DNA from: Podarcis filfolensis
Lineage: Eukaryota
Reading direction: 5' to 3' (one strand)
Length of the DNA stretch: 63,880 nucleotides
Assembly (NCBI GenBank): GCA_964270895.1
Contig: OZ185439.1
Shown here: piece after piece, positions 37,200-49,542 of the stretch
Layout of the letters: every line of letters starts with the position of its first letter
How positions within the stretch are numbered: position 1 is the stretch's first letter
Notes under the pieces: model-generated
Told to the model about the DNA's origin: nothing
The model's input: only the letters and a program-made list of their open reading frames with translations
Databases searched by the model: none
Program-made: the position numbers and the translations under genes

Positions 37200-37747
37200 A
37201 TCACTGCAATATAAGAACACTCTTACTTGCCATAAAATTACATACAGTAGTGAAGGAAGTACATCCAAAATTAGTGCAGGTCTGCGTTTGTGTCAGGACC
37301 CTCAACCCACTGATCTTGCAATTCACTGTGGTGGACTCGGATGAGATTCAGGCTACTTCCTCAGGGAGAGAATCTCCAATACCTTATTCAGGGCACTTCC
37401 AGCTAGAGGTCACAATCCTACCACCATCCTCTGACACAGAGGATACCGCCCCCTGTGGTACCTGTCTCCTCAGTCTCACAGAAGCCAAAGGCCAAAAAAT
37501 AAGGCAAGGTTCCTTTAACCAACCAGCTAGCTTCTCCAGGGAGGCAAGGCCTGGCTAACCTACATGAGGCTTTCAATTAGTTCTAGCTGTCTTCAGAGAC
37601 ATCATCTCTCTTAGAATTGCTTTAGCAGGGGACCCTTGGAACTGTCCGAGGTCCTGTATGCTCTCGGCTGGACTTGGATTGGAGTTGGGACTTGGGACTG
37701 GATACTGCCTGCTTCCTCTGTGAATTCATAGAGCTGGATAGTTCGAG

Positions 37748-37748
<1 letters not shown>

Positions 37749-37790
<42 letters not shown>
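37749..37790. repeat. (GT)n microsatellite
   Basis: Direct reading. Confidence 0.95.
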
Positions 37791-37793
<3 letters not shown>

Positions 37794-39403
37794 ATACAGT
37801 AACAGTGTGGAGTATCTGTAAAGACAGATTTCAGCAGCATGCTAAACACTAGCCTGTAATACTGGACTAAATGTCTTTCGAGTGCCGTTTTATTTTTTCC
37901 TCAGATAAATACATTCTGTTGACAAAATCGATGGTAATTTTGAAAGACTGAAAAGCAAATATCAGGTCACTTCTGTCTACTTTGTCTATCTAAGCCAGGC
38001 CCAAACTGGCAGCTTCTATAGTTCAGGCTAATTGTGAGTGACTTTAGACATCAGGACAATGCTGTTCCATGCATCAACAAAACTGAGAACTGTCAAGTAG
38101 ACTACAAACAATGACAGTCACCCAGCAGCCAGTAGGGTTAACATTCTCATTGTTTCCCACCTCCTTAGGAGGCTCTGACGGCATAGGAAATATTTCATAA
38201 ACAACAATAAAAAGTGCAGATTTGCTCCATATGGTCAGCTATCCAGGCATCAAAATACTGTATATGCATACAGCAAATAGATCTCTTTCGCTAAAATGCC
38301 AAACTGAGATCTTTAAAATGAAGGACATTTCTCACAAGATATATGAACAAGGCATTTTGGTCCTTGGTCCACATACCTAGGTACAACATACAAGTAGGTG
38401 GCCAGTTATAAAAAAGATAATGCTTCTTACCCCACCAGCTTTCCCTTTTAGAATACACTGCAGTAGGGAACCTTTCCTGCCATCCTCACTGTGTGGGAAA
38501 AGCTATGCCTGAAACCTGTATGTGGACTTTAAACTTAACACAGGACGCATATATTTTGACCTCTGTTTCTGCTCCAAAGTACAAAATACCTCATGAGAAG
38601 AGGCCCTTAGTGACACAGAAATGTTTTGAAGAGGCACTTCAGACATGTCAAAACTCTTAATGAATCCTGGAAGTAAAAGGAAAGTCTGTTTGCTTCTTAT
38701 ATTGATTTAACCAGGATTCCGACTGTCATAGTGCTTTTAGTTTTAACAGAAAATGTACAAAGTTAGAGCTGCTTGTTTTGACAACTACAAAAAGATTTCA
38801 GTTATGTGTTACCTGCTGAAGTATCTAGATCTTCCACAGTGAAAACCTGTTCATGTAAGTTCTTAATATTTCCATCTTTATAAGTGCATACAAGAAAAGT
38901 CTAGGCAGTCAAATTCTGACGCTCACCTGACAAAGTATTTTGCCGTTTTAAACCTAGATTCCAGAATATGATGCAAAAGTTAATTTGCAAAGTATTATAT
39001 AATAAGTATAATTGAGAAACCCTGAACACAGATATCATACCAAATTTAGATGGTGCAATCCAATATTTAAGCAATTTACAAGTTGAGAGGACAACATTGG
39101 CCTAGGCCTTGAGAGGGGAAATCTTTCACATGAGAAAAGCAGAGACATTTTTATTTAATATCAAGAAAAGAGAATGCTCAGAAAGCATAATATATAGTTC
39201 TACTGCTGAAACTGATCAGGTTTGAACCTTTAAGCTTTCTACTTTGGAAATGTTCAACCATATGTAATCTGTGATGAACTTCTTGAAGGAAGTCTGGGAT
39301 ATAAGTAAATTAATGTACGACAACAATAAATAAAGACCAGGATCATATTAAGATTACGAAGAGCAAGTTTTACAGATTCCAAGTCCTGATAACTTTTATC
39401 CTT

Positions 39404-39755
39404 AGAAAATATAAAAACTCTGTTGGATGAGACAAAAAGTTCATCTAGTCAAGCACTGTTTGACAGCCTAGAGGTGGGATGTAGTCATAGATAAACCTAT
39501 TCATGAATTTGCCTAAATTGCTTTTACAGTCACTTCACCTAACAGCCCTAATCAACTTCTTGTGGCAGGGTATTCCATAAATCAAAGACTCAGTGTGTGA
39601 ATAAGTACGGTACTTCCTTTTGTCTGCCCCTGAATCTCCTGCCAAACAGTTCTCTCTTGGATGATCCCGAGTTCTGTACTGAGAGAGGGAGAAAAATATC
39701 CCTCTTTCATCAGTACAGTACATGCATGTATTTTATACAGCTTGGTCACATCTCC
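39404..39755 (-). mobile_element. CR1 LINE 3' end, decayed
   Basis: Minus-strand KLYKIHA... / GIFFSLSQYRTRDHP...DKRKY resembles CR1 ORF2 (VYKIMHG..FFSLSHNTRTRGH...DKRKYFF), followed by the CR1 3'UTR. Confidence 0.85.
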
Positions 39756-40329
39756 ACCAACAATTTTCCAATCTAAAAAGTCTGAAATACTAAAGAGCAC
39801 CTTTGTTCATAGGAAAGGTGTGCCAGCCTCCTGGTTAATTTAGTTGTCCTTTAGTTGTCCTCACAATATCCTCTTTAAGAAAAATCAGAACAAACAGAAA
39901 TGTACACAGATTTGTCTATGAGCATTGGAACAAAGGCAGTTTTGTTTTCTATTCTTTTCCTAATAACCCCTAAGTCCTTGTCTTGGAACACTATAAGTGG
40001 AACACTTATAGGGAGTCTTATCTCTCAGGCTAACTACCTTTCGACCCACTAGCTCAGTAAAAAAAAAAAAAAAGTAGGGCTCTAAGTGGTCCTACCACCT
40101 ACTTTTCTGACCCCCTTGGTGGGGAAAAGCAAGAAAGAGCACATTTTTAATATCTACCCCCAAAAGCTAGCCATTCATTTCTGTAAGAAAACACCCTCTT
40201 CAAAATGGAACCAGCCACAGAAAAGCTTCCTCTTCAGTCTAGTTCACAGGTGGGAAGGTAAGTTTGTGTTTGGGCTATGCCACTTCAGATGAGACATGAG
40301 AGCTTACATGACTAAACGCTCTTCCATGT

Positions 40330-40480
40330 CTAAAACTGAAACACTATCCAGATCAGATGGAGAGCTTGATGGTGGAAGTTTTACTGGAGAGTAGTGCCTA
40401 GCCTTTTCTGGATAGAGTGGTATCTCCCCTAAAGTTCATGTGAGCAATCTGTGACCCTTGATCATTCTCAAAGCATCCAG
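40330..40480 (+). mobile_element. Highly degenerate L2 fragment
   Basis: 'ctggatagagtggtatctcccctaaag...gtgagcaatct...cttgatc' resembles the LDxVxLPLKEQVRSLGVLLD segment seen at ~28430. Confidence 0.4.
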
Positions 40481-41645
40481 TTCAGAGAAGTGCTAAATCT
40501 CAGAGGCAGCTGGGTTCTAATCTACACATGAGTCCAGGAGGTATAGATCTGGTCAGTTTGTACTGTAATTTGCAAAGACTGAATTTCTCACACATCCCTA
40601 ATTTATAGTACACTTCTTCTTATAATGTAGCATAGTAGGCTGTTGCTGTTTTGTTTTTTTGTTTTGTTTTTGAGGGAGGTGGGACACCAAATGCCAGGCT
40701 GGGCACAAAGAGCTACTTACGTAGGTAGTTCTCTAACCATAGGAATTGTAAAATAGGCTTCTAGCTTCTCTGGATAATATCAGGAGATTGTATTTTTGGT
40801 AGTTACTTTGCTCCCTAAAGAAAGTTGCCAGCAGTTAAGTGGTGCTTGAAATTAACATATATAAAGTTTACAGTGGCAATGTATTTCCAGCACAGTGCAA
40901 TTCTGGAACTAATAAAAAAGGATAAACAGAAAATAGCATCAAGCAAATGAAATTTACAGTTCCAGACTTATGTTTCATAATGCTCATTTAAATCTAACTG
41001 ACAAATCCTAGAATAGGAACGCAGTTAAAAGATCTTTTTCCCATGCATAAATATAAACAAAAATGATGGTTTCACCACTTGTAAATATTTATGACACTTT
41101 ATTAAATCCAAGTTTAAAAATCTCAAAGTGCACTGAGAATCTAAAATTTTAATCCCTCTTCGCTTAATAGGATGCTCTGCAGCAAATTTAATCATCACAT
41201 GTGTGGAAAGTGCATTTCTCTGTAAGGTACTCCTATCTGTTAAGGCTGCACTTCCAAAATCATAGATGTGAAAATGAAGTATTTACCACTATTCATAGAT
41301 TCTGTCAGCCCAGCATGGTAATTAGCACTTAAACCAATAAGAGCATCTAACAAGGAATGTAAGTCCAGTTGCAGATTTTTGCATGTAATACCCCAGCCAT
41401 TGCTTGAAACAGATCCTTAATTTACACCTTATTCCAGAAATAAAGGGGATTTTACCTGCAGTAGTTAAAAGCTCATCTCACAAAATTCTAAAATAGGACC
41501 TGGTTCTCTCAAAATCAGATAAGCCCATGCCTTGACAGTACCACTCCTGACTGCTCCACCATTCCAAAAAAAAGTTACATAGGCAAAATATTACCATCCA
41601 CACATAGATACAATATGGCCAATATTTGTGCTCACCACCAACTCT

Positions 41646-41799
41646 GCTTCCTGCACTCAATCAAAAGCCGCGGAAGCTGCGTGGGAGGTTCAGCTTCTAA
41701 AAAACATTCGCAAGCCGGAACTCTCATTTCCGGGTTTGCAGCATTTGGGAGCCGATTTGTTCAGGAGCCAAGCCATTCCACTACCAAGGTACCACTGTA
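41646..41799 (-). mobile_element. Truncated Tc1/mariner (Tigger/pogo-type) MITE
   Basis: Ends in aaggtaccactg+TA, the same TIR as 61219-61443. Only one TIR is present. Confidence 0.8.
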
Positions 41800-44130
41800 C
41801 ATGGTAAAAGACCAGTAGCCATGTTGAAATAGAAATTAAAGTGCCTCTCCCTCCCCTCCTTTATTGAACTCCACTTCTCCACTTTAACTTCTGAAGAACC
41901 AATAATGTATCACACCACATGGTACAGTATTAATTTCCACATCAAATAGAATCCATGTAGTTTTATTCTTTATTCTAGCAGCCCCCATAGCTTTTGAGAA
42001 CCTTAATATCACTGCAATCTTTCACGTACAGTCCTGCCAACAAGCATCTTCCTGAAGATTTTTTTTTAAAGTATTTGTAAAAAAATTGAAATAAGATCCA
42101 GACTGGTTTTTCATTCCGTTTTCAAACAATAATATTCTCAATGGGCAAGGAAAAGCAGAAAAATCTTTCAAGCGATCTGTAAGGTAAAAGCCAGACTTTC
42201 TTCAAAGTAAATGCACGTATCCTAGCTCCAAGCAAGTTTTGCTTGTCCATTTGACTGCACTGATGTGACTCATCAAGTAAAAAAGACAAAGCACAGATAC
42301 TCTCCTTGAAATAGACCAATTTAAAATTTAATATTCATACTGTATATCAAAATGCAGTGACTCTGTTTTCCTAGACATTGCAAAAAATTATGAAATCACG
42401 TATTTTAATATCACTTAGAAGCAGCTTAAGTCACCCTAGTAGACTGCATCCCCAGGGTTGAAGTTGAGCACAACAGGACAGGTAGCACCATTATTATTCA
42501 GAAAACATATCCTAATAGAACCTATAATAAATAGGCATCATTACTTACTTGGGAGTAAGTCCCAATTAACTCAGTTACATTTTCTTTTGAGTCAACATCT
42601 ACAGGATTGCAGTATTAGGATGTTGGGGAATTATCTGCTCATTGAGTTTAATGTGCAAGGGAGGGAGTGCTAAGGGGTTGGGCTCTTCTTTCCCTTTCTC
42701 AATATTGCAGTCCCTTCGTTGAAGGATTATGAGGTTGGAAGAGGTCCCTCCCAACACATCACTTCTCCACATCTTTTTATACATCTCAAGGTGAGAGGGA
42801 AACAGCTTCATTGAGAAGTGGATGAATAGGAAAGTAAAGAAAGGGCTCTCTCCTCCAACTTTCCTAATCACCAGCAATCCAACCATGTAGTGGTTCCACA
42901 GTGACTTGGTACACCAGACATTCTAGTGTGCATTAGAGGGAGTGCCATGAGACCTAAGCAAGAAGATTTTCTAATAAGAGGCTCCAAAGCTGGGCAAGTA
43001 TTCTGCATCACCATGGATTCATTTCAAATATTGTGGTTTAAATGCAACACACACACACTGTTTAAATTAGCTAGTTGTTTGTGGTCTTTGAAATTCAGTC
43101 TTCCCATGGAACCCAACACATTCTGTGCCCAGGTTGAAAATTTCTATATTAAAGCAACTGAGTTAATAGAACTATAACACCAGGGGCTTCTGCTCTTTGA
43201 GGGGTGGCAAGTCTAGGTCAGGCAGTCTGCTTCAATGCGAAAACAACAGAATCCACCTGTGACGTCTGAACAGACCTGGCAAAGAATCAAGATAGGTACA
43301 GAAGACAAGGGAGTCAGCAATCCAGAAACAGATTCTGGACATGGGACATGGAGGGGGACCATCAAGTGAGGATTTAACTGATACCTCACGACCTGCTATT
43401 CTAGCAAGCCGTTGTCGATTTCTTCAGAACTTGTAATGTATAAAATAATTATAGTTATTATAGTATAAAAAAAGTAGAAGTGATGGGTGGTGATCTCTAG
43501 ATTTTCCTACCATAGCAATTCAAACAAACAAACAAACAAACAAACCCATGCATGGTTCAGATATTCCTGCCTGTATCTCAATAATGAAGCACAAATTTGT
43601 AACACGCAATACTGGGTTAGATGGACTAATAGCCCAACTCAATATTAAAGGAGTTTCATGTGTTCATAAGCCCAGGCTAATTCTCTGTACAACAGCCTAC
43701 AGCTTGGCAGAATTTGCATCTCTCCCAAAGCTTCCAATCGGTTCCTTACGCCCTACCTTAAAGGTGCAACACAAATTGCTTCATATAATTGCCTTAATCA
43801 CCAAGAGTCAACAGCTTTACAATACAAGCTTTAAAATGAAGAGTCATGAACTCTGCCATTTGAGCAAGGTAGCCCACCAAGTTGCTTTTCTTTTGCACAG
43901 GTGTAACAATGAAAGGATAAGGGAATGGATAAGGAGGGTCACTTCATTTATTCACTTAATCTGCCTTGCTGTTGCTGGCCAAGTTTGCTCTTGGAACAGT
44001 GAAAAAGGCCAATTAATTTATCAATCTGCACTCTTTTCTGCCATAACATATTTTCCTCTTGCCAACAAAAAATGTGTCCATTATCAGCCAGGTCCCTGTC
44101 CTCCGAAGGCGGCTTGTGCAGCTGTATAAT

Positions 44131-44493
44131 NNNNNNNNNNNNNNNNNNNNNNNNNNNNNNNNNNNNNNNNNNNNNNNNNNNNNNNNNNNNNNNNNNNNNN
44201 NNNNNNNNNNNNNNNNNNNNNNNNNNNNNNNNNNNNNNNNNNNNNNNNNNNNNNNNNNNNNNNNNNNNNNNNNNNNNNNNNNNNNNNNNNNNNNNNNNNN
44301 NNNNNNNNNNNNNNNNNNNNNNNNNNNNNNNNNNNNNNNNNNNNNNNNNNNNNNNNNNNNNNNNNNNNNNNNNNNNNNNNNNNNNNNNNNNNNNNNNNNN
44401 NNNNNNNNNNNNNNNNNNNNNNNNNNNNNNNNNNNNNNNNNNNNNNNNNNNNNNNNNNNNNNNNNNNNNNNNNNNNNNNNNNNNNNNNNNNNN
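44131..44493. other. N-run (363 bp)
   Basis: Direct reading. Confidence 1.
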
Positions 44494-45567
44494 TATGTAG
44501 GTATGCAGCAGCTGTACTGAATGTATCTTTTCATGGAGAAGGCCCTATGAATTTTGACACTTCATATGATCTGACAACTACCAAAGTGATATCAGAAGGC
44601 TAAAGGCTGGGTTGAGCTGCTCCTGGTGACTTCTGTGGATTCTGGCAAGGGCAGCACAGATGGGGGAGGCACAAAGAAAGCAAAAGCAAAACGGTGACCA
44701 TCCGTGTCTATAGTGCCTGCCAGACGGCAGTTCATCATGTCCCCCTATGCCAAGACATTTTCTTTTACACTTTAGAGCGATGATGCTCATCAATCACAAC
44801 TTGACAAATGCACCAGAACCAGCTGCAAAACATGCATAGCCCAGCAGTCTGAAATACGCTGACGCAACTCACTGAAATCTAATATTTTTTCATTCAAGTC
44901 TATTCTGCATGGGAAAGACAGAGGGGACAATCTTTACACTCCCCCCCCTTTAGAAACAAACAATCAGGTTTAGCCTTCCGATATATATATAAACATTTTA
45001 AATAATAGTTGCATCTTTGTTATTTAAGCCTCCTTCTTTATTTCTAGAGCAAACGAGGCCTAATTTTAGAAATAAAAAATACAAATATTCCTTGTTACTT
45101 TGAATGGTATGGCAGTATTGGAAATAGCCAATTTCTCTTCATTCCACAACACACACAAAAAACAATGATTCATATTAAAAAGAAAAAATAATGGAAAGAT
45201 TGATACATGTTAAAAGGGAATATAGCATCAAAAAGGATTACAGGTTTTGCTGTATAATGTTATTAGGCTTGGTTATATCATATACAGTTCATGAGATTGC
45301 ACTATGATTCATTTTTACAACTTAAACAGCTATTTGGTTGGGTTGCCAGGTTGAACGTGATAAATGTGTATGATAAAACAGAACAAAGAAAGGCCATTGC
45401 TTGTAAACCTACCACATTAGTCAGTGTGTTAACCCATCCTGTACCAGCCTCACATTCTAAAGCCTCATCATGTTTGCTCTGTTCATTATGACATACCACA
45501 TTAAAGTCTTCTATTTCAATTAACGCAAAAAAGTTGAGCATGGTACATTTTCAATAACACACACCAC

Positions 45568-45689
45568 ATGGGTGGAGAATCTGTGACCCTCTCAAAGTTG
45601 TTATTTCCCCACTCCCAGCAGCCCAGCCAGCATAGCCAATAGTTGGAGAGTTGAACAACATCTGGGAAACCACAGCTTCCTTACACCTG
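45568..45689. mobile_element. Palindromic hAT/Charlie-type MITE, diverged and partly deleted
   Basis: 'gaatctgtgaccctc...actcccagcagcccagccagcatagccaatagttggagagttgaacaacatctgg'. Confidence 0.7.
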
Positions 45690-48399
45690 CTTTGGGATTT
45701 AAGTATAGGAAGTTTACCTTGATACTTTATAACCAACGTTATAGCTACTTACATTGAAAACAAATTGAAGAGCTTTTTTAAATTTTATTTTGCAACTAGT
45801 CCTGTACCTAGAAATGTAAATAAACTGAAAACGTAAATAAATAAATTCAAACATGAAGCTTTCAAATCAGGCCTAAGTGTGTTATTGGGGGCGTGAGATG
45901 TATTTTCAAGACATAAGGCTGAAATTTCACAAACGCAGCACAGTGTTTCCTGAACTCTCAAAAGAATAGACAAGAATAGAAGCCAGGCAATAAATGCCAC
46001 CAGGCACGTATATTATTATAACCATAAGATATTCTCTCGTGTCATTCATTCAGATAACATAAGGGACTCTGAAAAGCCCACTAACAATTCCTGAGAATTC
46101 TAAGGAAATCCTAACGTCTTGCAAACATTGCAGGTTATTGGAGACAACTTCACTATTTGTTACAAACAACTATATCAAGCATGTTGGTACAACCAAGAGT
46201 AAGAAAAACCTAGTCATCCACTCTGATGTTGGTGTTCACTGTTGCAAAAATCATGCACCCTTCTCAATTCTTCTCCCCTCGCCCTGGGACTCCTCTCAAA
46301 AGTTTAGTGTGTGTTCATTTGAAAATTGTGTGTTTACCCAGAGATTAATTTTTGACATCATAAATTTCATTTATTCCTTATGTATGTAAGAATTGTTACC
46401 CTATATTTCACATGCCTGCATGATATCATTTCATATATATTTTTTGCCCATGTGTTTTTGTTAATTACATGTCAGTGACAAACTCCACCATGATGTCATG
46501 ACATTTCCACACTAGAGCATTATGGGCTGTGTAATGTCAAATAACATTTACAAAAGTTACTGCCAGGAATGGAGATTTTTATCAGGTAGCTACTGCTGTA
46601 TATCATTGGCATCATCTATACACAACCAATTGCAGGAAAATGGGAGCTGAAGCACCTCAACCTGTGGCCTGAGAAAGGGAGTAAAATACATCTGTCTAGA
46701 GAAAACTCTTGGAAAACATTCATATCAAGATATGTGCATGCAATCCTAATGAAGAACTTGAAGCACAATGGGAATCAAAGTGTGAAAAAAAGAAAAGCAC
46801 CAATCATATAAACCAAAAGCAGCCATTTTCAACACAAAACCCATTTTTTCCTTCAAAACTTGGAAATTTGACAAAAACAACCCCAACCACTTCAAAAGAA
46901 ACGGAACATTTTCATTGAAAATCATTAATCATGAAAATTTGGCACAGTGTTAAATGAACACATACACACAATGCCATGCACACACAGGTTTATAATGTGT
47001 AATGTGAGCATTACCGAGACAGTATGTGATTCTGGCAGTAGAGTGCCCAAAATGACTCATTCTAAATGGAGTAATGTAAAAAAGGAAGGGACAGCCCAGA
47101 ACTGTTGAATGGGGTGCAAAGGCCAAGAGAAGTCAGAATCCACAAGTTGACCCAAAACAGTCAACAATACAAACATCAGCATTAGACCAAGAACACAAAT
47201 GCAGGGCATAACCTTAAAAACCTTAACTGCAACAAGACATGGCCAGAGAGTCCACAGAAGAGAGGTATCAGGCCATTTGGGAGTTAAAAAATGTCATTTG
47301 GGAGTAAGAACAGAAAACACTTCAGTGACTAATTTGGGTCTGCATTATATATCTTCAGGGTCTATGTTTCAGTGGCACAAAAACTTGTGCAAAAACGGCC
47401 AAGTAAATCCTGAACATTTCACCATCTCCCCAAACACTGCAGAAGTTCTTGCCACACTTGTCCTAATTAAATGAAGAGACTAACAAAACCATGAGAGCTA
47501 TAGTTGTGGCTGTTACAATTGTGCATCTGCTCATGTTTTGTGCATATTTTTATTTCAGCACAGTATTTTGATTTGAGCAAAAGAACCCTCATGAAAGAAG
47601 TGGAAGGAGGCAAGCAGAAACCAAATACGGTGGGTTTAGACAGAGTTGGACAACGTTTATTGGTTCTTGGTGTAACAATGCACACTCCTCATGAGATCCA
47701 AAATATTACAAATGATATAATGTAATTTTAAAATACAGTATGATTGTCATATTTTTAACTTTTCTATTTGGATCACTTATTAGATATTTTTCCATTTAAA
47801 TATGGTATGCTTTATAAAACTGGGGGTGGGGGGGATGAAAAATCCTCATCGTGTTTTGGGCTGGTAATTCTCATGGATAGGTAGGAATGTTATGCATATC
47901 ACAGAAGTTATGCATATGTAAAGGGAAATTTAATCACATGTTTTTGAGGGGCGGGGGGAGCTAAGGTATTCGCGATTAATATTGTTCAGGTGTTTTCTGT
48001 TGTCAAATACTAGTGTATCATCCTATCAGCAGTGTATTAAAAGACCCACAGTGTACAAGGAGTAGCTTTCTTGTTTTATTCCTAGGGAAAATGGCAACAT
48101 ACATATTAAGTCACTATGAGCATTAAAGGCAATTAAGCTAAACTGATCTGAACGAGTCTGATCTCTTTAAGATACAGCATGTGAAAGCTTTATCTTCTTG
48201 CCTTTTCCCCTCTTGTGCGGTGTACAGTGCTCAAGATTAATCCCAGGGGATTTTTTAAATTTTATTTTGTTTTGTTTTGTTTTATTTCCTATTCTACCTA
48301 TCTTTCATCTTCACCCCTAGACTAAGCAGATGGATGTGAATTCAAAGTTTTCTGATCTTTAGCACAAGTTATGGAGGGTTATCTTTGACTGTATATCTT

Positions 48400-48600
48400 T
48401 CTGCTGGCAGCGCTCCCTTGGTGATGAAGGATTAACCACCACAGCTGTCTCTTCCCAGAATGATGCAGTGCAGTTCTCCTCGACACGACAGCATCACTTA
48501 ATCTTAATGTCCACTCTTCCAGTGCAGCCACGCAGGACAAAGCCAATCAACATCAGATGCCACCAAGATGGACCTACTGCTTGGCCCTGGAGTCTTTCAC
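48400..48600. promoter_or_regulatory. Candidate regulatory/promoter-like unique sequence
   Basis: NF-Y-type AGCCAATCA (CCAAT at 48543-48547), a YY1-like AAGATGG nearby, 4 retained CpG and no repeat similarity. Confidence 0.3.
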
Positions 48601-49410
48601 CCTCACACACCTATTAATCAACATCATCCAGCCCAATCCCAGAGTTTGGTTCTCGGAAACTACACTTAAAGCTAAGCAAGGGTGTATGTTTTCGGTCAGA
48701 GGTGCTTTTTTTTTAAGGGACTATGCATATGAACTGAACTGGCCAAATGTTTAATCCAAGAAATAATTACTTTTCTCCCAAGAAGTTTATCTGTATAGGC
48801 TTTGGTCTGTATTTTTTACTTTTTCTAAAAAAAATATACCCAGTAATTTTGTGCATGCATAATCCGACAGTTGTGACACAAGAACATATTTAGTATTTAT
48901 GACCTCACGGCTTGAAATACTTGAAGAGGGATAATAACTGTCTCAAACTGTGAAGTTTTTATGAGGATCTGTTCTGAAAACCGGAACAGCTATTTTCAAC
49001 AGCACAATATGGTAAATGACGACAACAACAACAACGAGTATAGTGAGTGTTCTAGTGTTTAGAGCATTACTTTGTTATAAGTATTCCAGCAAGCCTGTAA
49101 CGTAGACCAAACTCCATATTGAAAAGGAAGGGGTTGGAGAGAAGAGTGTCTTGTCCATGGACACTTTGTGTTTGTGACAAAGGTGACATTTGAACTGGAG
49201 ACTTCCTGATTCATACCTCAGTCTCTTAGACACTGTACTAATAGTGCTCATCTTGTTGAGACTCATCCTTTGCTACTTTAACTTATCCTATGCAGACTTG
49301 CTTGCTACTTTTACTTGGACTCTAATTACAAAGCAATTATAATTTAGTGCCTTCCCTTTTCTTCTGATACAAATAAACCAACAAAGTCCTCAAAGGCAAA
49401 TGCAATAAAA

Positions 49411-49542
49411 NNNNNNNNNNNNNNNNNNNNNNNNNNNNNNNNNNNNNNNNNNNNNNNNNNNNNNNNNNNNNNNNNNNNNNNNNNNNNNNNNNNNNNNNNN
49501 NNNNNNNNNNNNNNNNNNNNNNNNNNNNNNNNNNNNNNNNNN
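49411..49542. other. N-run (132 bp)
   Basis: Direct reading. Confidence 1.

Noticed and set aside
43548-44129. 193-aa ORF, the longest in the track, next to an N-run
   Set aside because: No recognisable motif or splice structure. One ORF of this length is expected by chance in six frames of 64 kb.
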